Assembly: GCF_002682985.1 (NCBI RefSeq)
Contig: NZ_MKGN01000003.1
Coordinates: forward strand, 1-5,137
Source of the DNA: Candidatus Tremblayella phenacoccinincola
GTDB taxonomy: Bacteria; Pseudomonadota; Gammaproteobacteria; Burkholderiales; Burkholderiaceae
DNA: 5,137 nt
Direction of reading: 5' to 3'
Positions 1 to 5,137 of the stretch are shown here, one piece after another (position 1 is the stretch's first letter; every line of letters starts with the position of its first letter). The notes beneath the pieces are model-generated. The model ran no database searches. It was not told where the DNA came from and worked only from the letters and a program-made list of their open reading frames with translations. The position numbers were made by a program, and so were the translations under genes.

Positions 1-96
1 AAGGACAGTCTTATTAGGATGTTAGAGCTCTTATCTACTAATGGTTATTATAGTATCTATAGAGGAAGTTGGGAGTATTCTTTTGATCTCTTTTGA
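1..96 (+). CDS. 3' end of an ORF running off the left edge; possibly mraZ (tentative)
   Basis: Frame 1 is open from the window edge to TGA at 94-96. It encodes KDSLIRMLELLSTNGYYSIYRGSWEYSFDLF. Its position directly upstream of rsmH on the same strand is where mraZ normally sits. The tail loosely fits the MraZ C-terminal pattern (hydrophobic-hydrophobic-G..x.[FY].[IL][WY]....W), compared from memory with E. coli LVGQFNKFELWDETTW. With only 31 residues the family call is weak. Confidence 0.3.
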   Translation, partial: KDSLIRMLELLSTNGYYSIYRGSWEYSFDLF

Positions 97-130
97 GACT
101 AGCGTATATATTGATGAACCATATATCTAT

Positions 131-156
131 GGGTTAACTACATATTAGAGTTAGGT
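131..156 (+). repeat. copy A of bipartite motif GGGTTA-N8-TTAGAGTTAGGT (intergenic, upstream of rsmH)
   Basis: GGGTTA at 131-136, spacer ACTACATA at 137-144, TTAGAGTTAGGT at 145-156. Copy B matches it exactly in both arms and in spacing. Confidence 0.5.
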
Positions 157-241
157 TTATTTAGCATATAATATAATAACTATTAACTAAACTGCACTAA
201 GGATATTATATTGATAAGACCAACCAAACATATATTTAGCT

Positions 242-1120
242 ATGTGTTACTATTATCAGCATTCACCTGTTCTATTACATGAGTCTATAGAGGCACTAAA
301 TATAAGACCTAATGGAATATATTTAGACTGCACATTTGGAATGGGTGGCCATTCAAAACATATATTATCTAAACTATATAAAGGTGGTAAGCTATTATCT
401 TTTGACTGTGACCCAGAAACGTATGTATATTCTAAAGCTATATGTGACAATAGGTTTTATTATATACATAGCTCTTTCTCTAATATATATAACTACCTTT
501 TAGCTTTTAACTTAATAGGAAATGTTGATGGTATTATAATAGATTTAGGCATATCATCCCATCAACTATCTAACTCAGAAAGAGGCTTTTCTTTCTATAA
601 TGATGGTCCGTTAGATATGCGTATGGATAATACTAGAGGAAAGCCGTTATTTGATTGGTTAGTCTCTGCTAAAGAATATGAAGTTAATAGCATATTAAAA
701 AGCTTTGGTGATGAAAAGCATTCTATATACATATCTAAGAATATAAAAGCATATATAGAAAAGAATAGAATTACAAGAACTAAAGAACTATCTAAAGCTA
801 TATCAACTGTCAATAGCTGGCATAATAATAAAACACATCCAGCTACTTGTTCTTTCCAAGCTTTTAGAGTCTATATAAATAATGAGCTAGAAGAGATTAA
901 AACTATATTAACTATATCTTTAGCTGCTTTATCTAAACATGGGAGGCTAGTTGTATTAAGCTATAACTCTATAGAAGATAAGCTAGTAAAAGCCTTTATA
1001 TATAACAATATCCATAAATGCATCCTAAAAAGCTTTAGTAAGATAAAACCATCAAAACAAGAAGCTAACTATAACTATAGCTCACGCAGTGCGGTATTAA
1101 GATTTGCAGAAAAGATATAA
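242..1120 (+). CDS. rsmH: 16S rRNA (cytosine1402-N4)-methyltransferase RsmH/MraW
   Basis: The 292-aa ORF is collinear from residue 7 onward with E. coli RsmH as I remember it. Shared motifs: HSPVLLHESIEALNIRPNGIYLDCTFGMGGHS (SAM-binding glycine-rich motif), IDLGISSHQL, ERGFSF..DGPLDMRMD, HPATCSFQAFRVYINNELEE, LSYNSIEDKLVK and SRSAVLRFAEK. Stop is TAA at 1118-1120. There is no Shine-Dalgarno sequence upstream (catatatttagctATG). Confidence 0.9.
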   Translation: MCYYYQHSPVLLHESIEALNIRPNGIYLDCTFGMGGHSKHILSKLYKGGKLLSFDCDPETYVYSKAICDNRFYYIHSSFSNIYNYLLAFNLIGNVDGIIIDLGISSHQLSNSERGFSFYNDGPLDMRMDNTRGKPLFDWLVSAKEYEVNSILKSFGDEKHSIYISKNIKAYIEKNRITRTKELSKAISTVNSWHNNKTHPATCSFQAFRVYINNELEEIKTILTISLAALSKHGRLVVLSYNSIEDKLVKAFIYNNIHKCILKSFSKIKPSKQEANYNYSSRSAVLRFAEKI

Positions 1121-1144
1121 ACAGCTGTATCTACTTAACTAACA

Positions 1145-3547
1145 TTATGTTTGATGTGGATACTCGCTTGGTTCAACCGTAGCCACACCGAATGACTTTA
1201 ACATCTTCTGAGGGCTCTTTAGCATAATGATTAAGGCTTGGTCTATCCATTTAATAGGAACTACGCTTATTGAAACCATTGAACGGCTGGTCATGTCTTC
1301 TAACTCTTTTAGGTTCTTTTCTGGGATCAATACAGTTCTCACGTTTCCTCTTTGAGCAGCATATATCTTTTCAGGTAGGCCTCCTATTGGTAATACTTCT
1401 CCATTCAGAGTAACTTCTCCAGTAACTGCTACTTCAGAACGCACAATACTATCTGTCAACACCGAGAATATAGAAACCACAACAGCAACACCAGCTGAAG
1501 GACCATCTTTTGGGATTGCACTTTCAGGCGCATGGATATGTATGTCACTTTCTCTAGATGGTCCACAAAGACTAACAACACATATCCTAGAACGAGCTAT
1601 TGAACGTGCAGCTTCAATTGATTCCTTCATCACCTTGCCTATCGAACCAGTACGTAAGACTCTACCTTTGCCACTCAATAGCAGAGCTTCAATGAACAAC
1701 AAGTCTCCACCAGTCTCAGTCCAAGCCAGACCCGCTACCTGTCCGATTCTACCTTGCTTCAAGATGTTGGTGATACTATATTTTGGGTTACCAAGATAGG
1801 ATTTTAAGTTAGCTGTGTTAACTTCAAGATGCGTTGGTTCTTTCATACTTAAGGAGTTCCTAACTACCTTTCTACATATTTTAGCTAACTCCTTTTCTAA
1901 TGAACGTACACCAGCTTCTCGAGTGTAATATCTAACTATAGCGTTAACTGCAGCCTTGGTAAAAGTAAGTGTTCCTTCTTTCAATCCACTAGTTATCAGA
2001 TGCTTTTTAATCAGGTAGCTATGCACAATGGATACTTTCTCTTCTTCGGTGTAGCCTGGTATATTTATTACTTCCATTCTATCAACTAGAGGTTTGGGAA
2101 TGTTAAGGGTGTTTGCAGTTGCAACAAACATAACGTCTGAGAGGTCAAACTCAACTTCAATATAGTTGTCACAAAACTCTTTGTTTTGTTCAGGGTCTAA
2201 TACTTCTAGTAACGCTGAAGCAGGATCTCCTCTTAAGACAGTTCCAATCTTATCAACTTCGTCCAGCAAAAAGAGCGGGTTGCATACCTTTATTCTTATT
2301 AAGCTTTGAAGTATTTTACCTGGCATTGAGCCTACATATGTTCGACGATGTCCTCTGACTTCTGCTTCATCATGAACTCCACCTAAAGAAGCTCTAACAA
2401 ACCTTCTACCAATAGCTTTTGCAATAGCTCTTCCAAGAGAGGTTTTTCCAACACCAGGCGGTCCAACAAAACAGAGAACAGGCGCTCTCGGTTTACCAGC
2501 TCGTTTACTAATAGCTAAATGTTCTATTACTCTGCTTTTTACTTCGCTTAATCCATAGTGGTTAGTATTCAAAAGCTCTTCAGTTTTATTGATATCTATT
2601 TGAACTACGCTTTTCCTTTTCCATGGCAAAGAGATGAGTGTTTCAATATAGCTTCGAATCACGTTTGCATCTGCTGATGAAGAAGCCATTGTTCTTAGCT
2701 TTCTCAGTTCTCTTTTGGTTTTAGCTTTCACTTCCTCAGGCATCTTCGAAGTCTCAATGCAGTCAACAGCTTTATCAAAGTCAGCTATATCTTCAGGTTC
2801 ACCTAGTTCCTTTTGTATTGCTTTGAGCTGTTCATGTAAGTAATATTCCTTTTGGTTCTTCTCCAGTTGGAGCTTAACTCTATCTTGCAGTCTGTCTTCT
2901 AATAACAAAGAGCTCATTTCATACTCTAGCCTTTCTGCTAAGATATCAAACCTTGCTTCAATGGTGGGAGCTTCTAACATTCTTTGTTTCTGGTTTAACC
3001 CTGGGACTACGCTAATAGCAATAGTATCAAACAGCTTGTTAACATCCATTAGGACAAAACCACCAATCATTCTTAGAGTAAGTTCAGCTTCTTCAGAATA
3101 TCTTTTGTTCAAATGCAGGTAACATACGAATCTATTGACCACCATCCTAAACAGATCTTCTATGGTTCTTGGGTTAGAAGGTTGATACTCGTATGCAAAG
3201 GACATTACTTCGCAGGTTTGGATACTGTTAGCTCTTGTTGTTATTACTTCAGATCTTTGGACACCTTCGACCATAGCTTTCATTGTACCATCAGGTAATC
3301 TCAAAAGCTGTCTAATTACGGCTATACATCCTATTTTGTAGAGCTCAGAAGCACACTGTTTGCTAATACAATTCTTTTGGGCAGCTACCATCAGTCTTAT
3401 GGCATTGGCTTTTGTTAGGTCCACAGTGTTAATGGGACTCTTCCTGTCTACAAATATTGGGATGACCATTCCTGGAAACATAACAATATCTTTCAAGGAC
3501 AACAGGGGTAGCTTAGAGCTTTTCGTCATAAGATGATGTGCTTGCAT
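1145..3547 (-). CDS. lon: ATP-dependent Lon protease (LonA type, full length)
   Basis: The 800-aa ORF is collinear with E. coli Lon (784 aa). N-domain: LPLLSLKDIVMFPGMVIPIFV. Further motifs: YYLHEQLKAIQKELGE, Walker A GPPGVGKT (2441-2464), Walker B PLFLLDEVDK, RGDPASALLEVLDPEQN and YTREAGVR. The protease Ser lies in PKDGPSAG (S684, 1496-1498) and the Lys is K727 (1367-1369), exactly 43 residues later as in E. coli S679/K722. A GAAGG sits 5 nt upstream of the ATG at 3547. Met7 (3529) is an alternative start but has no such signal. Confidence 0.95.
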   Translation of the reverse strand: MQAHHLMTKSSKLPLLSLKDIVMFPGMVIPIFVDRKSPINTVDLTKANAIRLMVAAQKNCISKQCASELYKIGCIAVIRQLLRLPDGTMKAMVEGVQRSEVITTRANSIQTCEVMSFAYEYQPSNPRTIEDLFRMVVNRFVCYLHLNKRYSEEAELTLRMIGGFVLMDVNKLFDTIAISVVPGLNQKQRMLEAPTIEARFDILAERLEYEMSSLLLEDRLQDRVKLQLEKNQKEYYLHEQLKAIQKELGEPEDIADFDKAVDCIETSKMPEEVKAKTKRELRKLRTMASSSADANVIRSYIETLISLPWKRKSVVQIDINKTEELLNTNHYGLSEVKSRVIEHLAISKRAGKPRAPVLCFVGPPGVGKTSLGRAIAKAIGRRFVRASLGGVHDEAEVRGHRRTYVGSMPGKILQSLIRIKVCNPLFLLDEVDKIGTVLRGDPASALLEVLDPEQNKEFCDNYIEVEFDLSDVMFVATANTLNIPKPLVDRMEVINIPGYTEEEKVSIVHSYLIKKHLITSGLKEGTLTFTKAAVNAIVRYYTREAGVRSLEKELAKICRKVVRNSLSMKEPTHLEVNTANLKSYLGNPKYSITNILKQGRIGQVAGLAWTETGGDLLFIEALLLSGKGRVLRTGSIGKVMKESIEAARSIARSRICVVSLCGPSRESDIHIHAPESAIPKDGPSAGVAVVVSIFSVLTDSIVRSEVAVTGEVTLNGEVLPIGGLPEKIYAAQRGNVRTVLIPEKNLKELEDMTSRSMVSISVVPIKWIDQALIIMLKSPQKMLKSFGVATVEPSEYPHQT

Positions 3548-3552
3548 AAATG

Positions 3553-3557
3553 CCTTC
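3553..3557 (-). promoter_or_regulatory. Shine-Dalgarno-like GAAGG for lon
   Basis: The - strand reads cctGAAGGcatttATG, 5 nt before the lon ATG. It is the only start in the window with a purine-rich element at normal spacing. Confidence 0.3.
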
Positions 3558-3598
3558 AGGAAACCACCAGCCTTTAAGAGATGGTAAGTTAATGTTAG

Positions 3599-4807
3599 CT
3601 ATAAACTATCGTACACCATTATTGGTCTTTTAAGTCCATCAACCACCATACCGTCAAGAACCACTTTTACCACGCTTCGTAGTATTGGTGTTTGGTACAT
3701 TATGTCTATCAGAAGAGATTCCAATATTGAACGTAAGCCTCTTGCTCCTGTTTCTAGATCTAATGCTCGGGTTGATATTGCTCTTAACGCAGACTCGTGC
3801 ACTATTAGACGAACTCCTTCACTATCGAGTAACACCTTAAACTGATTAACTAATGCTTTTATGGGTTCTGTTAGGATTCTCATTAGGTCAGCTACATTTA
3901 AACTACGGAGAGCTTCAATGATAGGTAGTCTCCCGACCAACTCTGGAATCAGCCCAAACTTGATGAGGTCCTTTGCTGATATCTTTTTGGTTCTATGTGG
4001 TATATCTTTTAGAGCTAGTTCAGTTGGGGAAGGCTGGAACCCGAAGTTATATTTCTTGTGGGGTTGGGATGTTATCTTTTCCAGACTCTCAAACGACCCT
4101 CCACATATGAACAGGATATTTGAAGTATCTACCAATATGAACTCCGTGTCTGGTTGTCCTTTGGATCCGTAACAGGGCACTGCTATTGTTGTTCCTTCTA
4201 ATAGTTTTAGTAGGGCTTGTTGTACGCCTTCTCCTGAAATATCTCTACCTACCGCAGAGTTACTTGATCTACGAGAAAGCTTGTCTATTTCATCTATATA
4301 CACTATGCCCTTTTGGGCTATCTCAACATCATAGCTGCATGTCTGTAAGAGCTTTTGTAATATGGCTTCTACATCGTCTCCAACATACCCAGCCTCGGTG
4401 AATGAAGTAGCGTCCACAATAATAAATGGAACGTTTAGGAACTGTGCCATCGTTTGTGCTATCAAGGTTTTACCTGAACCAGTATGACCCACTAACAAGA
4501 TATTGCTTTTAGATAAAGACGTCTCTTCTGGGCTTTTCTTTCCTATTCTTTTGTAATGATTGTAGATGGAAACTGAGATGGACTTCTTCACAGCATTTTG
4601 ACCAACAACGTGTTTATCTAGTTCTTCGAGTAATTCACAAGGTAATGCAGAAGGTGCTGGTTTACTTTGAAACCTTCTTAACCTCTGAGTTAACTCCATG
4701 CTTATTTTAATACATATTTCACAGATAGAAGCGAACGGACTAATAACTAGTTTATAGTTCTTGTTTTCAGTACGACCACAAAATGAACATACTTTAATAT
4801 AGCTCAT
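3599..4807 (-). CDS. clpX: ATP-dependent Clp protease ATP-binding subunit ClpX
   Basis: 402-aa ORF with an N-terminal C4 zinc-binding domain (CSFC...CEIC; C7, C10, C29, C32). Motifs: Walker A GHTGSGKT (4466-4489), pore-1 loop GYVG, Walker B VYIDEIDK, SGEGVQQALLKLLEG, LFICGG, arginine finger GLIPELVGRLP and sensor-2 GARGLRS. Stop is TAG at 3599-3601. There is no Shine-Dalgarno sequence upstream (ctaaactagaaactatATG). Confidence 0.95.
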   Translation of the reverse strand: MSYIKVCSFCGRTENKNYKLVISPFASICEICIKISMELTQRLRRFQSKPAPSALPCELLEELDKHVVGQNAVKKSISVSIYNHYKRIGKKSPEETSLSKSNILLVGHTGSGKTLIAQTMAQFLNVPFIIVDATSFTEAGYVGDDVEAILQKLLQTCSYDVEIAQKGIVYIDEIDKLSRRSSNSAVGRDISGEGVQQALLKLLEGTTIAVPCYGSKGQPDTEFILVDTSNILFICGGSFESLEKITSQPHKKYNFGFQPSPTELALKDIPHRTKKISAKDLIKFGLIPELVGRLPIIEALRSLNVADLMRILTEPIKALVNQFKVLLDSEGVRLIVHESALRAISTRALDLETGARGLRSILESLLIDIMYQTPILRSVVKVVLDGMVVDGLKRPIMVYDSL

Positions 4808-4854
4808 ATAGTTTCTAGTTTAGAGGTTAATGTGGGTTAAGGAGGATTCCCATA

Positions 4855-4880
4855 GGGTTAGTGGGTTCTTAGAGTTAGGT
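4855..4880 (+). repeat. copy B of bipartite motif GGGTTA-N8-TTAGAGTTAGGT (intergenic, upstream of clpX, antisense to it)
   Basis: GGGTTA at 4855-4860, spacer GTGGGTTC at 4861-4868, TTAGAGTTAGGT at 4869-4880. It has the same orientation as copy A and lies 4724 bp from it. Confidence 0.5.
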
Positions 4881-5068
4881 GTTCTTCAACACATCGGACT
4901 TATCTGTTCAGTATGTTATTGCCAGTAGGAGAAGGGGGTGCTTGTGTTCTAGAGAAGGGCTTAGAATAGATAGTCTTTTGGTTAGTTAACTATTGATTCA
5001 GGGACATATTCCAATAATACATCACTACGAGCAACCCAAAAGCCATAGAGCCAACAGCAATATATCAT

Positions 5069-5137
5069 ATGAATGCTAATATAAAAGAAGAAACAATAGC
5101 TGCTTTATCAACAACCCAAAAGGCTAGTGGCATAGGC
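5069..5137 (+). CDS. possible 5' end of a + strand CDS running off the right edge, product unknown
   Basis: ATG at 5069 opens MNANIKEETIAALSTTQKASGIG (23 codons to the window edge). The frame is open from 5018. A purine is at codon position 1 in 20 of 23 codons, and codon choices (GCT, ATA, GAA, TTA, CAA) match the other genes. There is no Shine-Dalgarno sequence, and competing open frames exist on the - strand, so this call is tentative. Confidence 0.25.
   Translation, partial: MNANIKEETIAALSTTQKASGIG

Noticed and set aside
167-172. Perfect TATAAT upstream of rsmH as a sigma-70 -10 box
   Set aside because: The best -35 candidates at 16-18 nt spacing (ATTAGA, TTAGAG) match at most 3 of 6 positions. 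TATAAT-like hexamers are abundant in sequence this AT-rich.
97-241. Scanned both spacers (97-241 and 4808-5068) for tRNA or other structured RNA genes
   Set aside because: Neither strand has a T-loop-like GTTCRANNC with a complementary stem, acceptor-stem pairing, or any other extended helix.
256-813. - strand ORFs 256-450 (64 aa) and 595-813 (72 aa) inside rsmH
   Set aside because: Both lie entirely antisense to a well-supported rsmH ORF. They have no recognisable motifs and low-complexity composition, typical of shadow ORFs.
1542-3298. + strand ORFs 1542-1799 (85 aa) and 3113-3298 (61 aa) inside lon
   Set aside because: They are antisense to a full-length, motif-complete lon. They show no start-site signals or family resemblance, so I treat them as shadow ORFs.
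3548-3598. Searched the clpX-lon spacer for an intrinsic terminator or promoter
   Set aside because: The spacer contains only a direct repeat of GCCTT, with no inverted repeat and no T-tract. This is most consistent with co-transcription of clpX and lon.
3861-4401. + strand ORFs 3861-4172 (103 aa) and 4186-4401 (71 aa) inside clpX
   Set aside because: They are antisense to clpX with no recognisable domains. Stop-poor antisense frames are expected opposite genes rich in AGA, GAA and GCT codons.
4839-4845. Perfect AAGGAGG on the + strand in the clpX upstream spacer
   Set aside because: No ATG, GTG or TTG lies 4-12 nt downstream; the nearest GTG is about 15 nt away. It probably arises from the G-rich composition of this tract.
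4819-4880. Cluster of TTAGAG, TTAGGT and GGGTTA units resembling degenerate TTAGGG telomere repeats
   Set aside because: The tract is internal, short and irregular, and it is flanked by ordinary bacterial genes. There is no tandem periodicity. I treat it as part of the repeat-motif finding rather than as telomeric sequence.
4830-4928. Small + strand ORF MWVKEDSHRVSGFLELGVLQHIGLICSVCYCQ (32 aa) with GAGG just upstream and a Cys-rich tail
   Set aside because: The GAGG is only 3 nt from the ATG. An ORF of this length is expected by chance. Its content is dictated by the G/T-rich repeat tract it overlaps. I see nothing that supports expression.
4926-4960. Sigma-32-like heat-shock promoter on the clpX sense strand: CTTCTC, 14 nt, CCCCTTCT (consensus CTTGAA, 13-17 nt, CCCCATNT)
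   Set aside because: The -10 region is a fair match, but the -35 region shares only CTT. An alternative -35, CTAGAA, gives a spacer that is too short at 8-9 nt. I cannot call it from sequence alone, and it needs transcription start site mapping.
4983-4992. 10-bp perfect palindrome TAGTTAACTA; an 8-bp palindrome ACAGCTGT also occurs at 1121-1128
   Set aside because: Both are short palindromes with no loop and no flanking extension, which is common in AT-rich DNA. Neither has terminator or operator context that I can support.
5065-5067. In-frame TGA within a hydrophobic - strand frame, which could suggest TGA=Trp recoding (genetic code 4)
   Set aside because: lon, clpX and rsmH (about 1500 codons) contain no in-frame TGA. 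They encode Trp with TGG in every case I checked, for example LPW and AWT in lon. AT-rich code-4 genomes would use TGA heavily, so the standard code fits.
4982-5104. Possible clpP pseudogene remnant: the - frame peptide ...VARSDVLLEYVPESIVN* faintly recalls the ClpP C-terminus (..SA.EA.EYGL.D.I..)
   Set aside because: The resemblance is limited to about 6 residues and needs two gaps. The upstream part of the frame (SSYCFFFYISIHMIYCCWLYGFW) is unlike ClpP, and the frame closes at TAA 5105-5107. I kept this only as something a frameshift-aware alignment could test.
5032-5122. 11-mer CAACCCAAAAG repeated at 5032-5042 and 5112-5122 (80 bp apart)
   Set aside because: Several exact 11-mer repeats are expected by chance in a 5-kb window. 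The flanks do not extend the match, and the copies are out of phase for any reading frame.

Overview
This is an AT-rich bacterial window with three intact housekeeping genes. By hand count, rsmH is about 30% GC and sampled lines of lon and clpX are about 40-41% GC. rsmH lies on the + strand (242-1120). lon (1145-3547) and clpX (3599-4807) lie on the - strand, convergent with rsmH; they are 51 bp apart with no hairpin between them, so they are probably co-transcribed. The left edge (1-96) is the tail of another + strand ORF that is weakly MraZ-like. The right edge (about 4982-5137) has ambiguous coding potential. I saw no rRNA, tRNA, CRISPR array, transposase, integrase, toxin-antitoxin or defence-type gene. 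I cannot support a claim of a novel system here. The composition, long spacers, weak or absent Shine-Dalgarno sequences and the Tyr/Ile/Asn/Lys-rich RsmH suggest a reduced, host-associated proteobacterial genome, but the lineage cannot be fixed without a database search. Six points deserve a second look: (1) a 26-nt bipartite motif present once in each of the two non-coding flanks; (2) clpX preceded by about 260 bp of G>C-skewed non-coding DNA where clpP normally sits; (3) ClpX with diverged RKH-loop and IGF-loop positions; (4) a roughly 10-point GC step between rsmH and lon/clpX, plus an Arg-to-Cys change in the conserved RsmH HPATR motif; (5) rsmH cut off from the dcw cluster and abutting lon tail-to-tail with only 24 bp between them; (6) unresolved overlapping open frames at the right edge.
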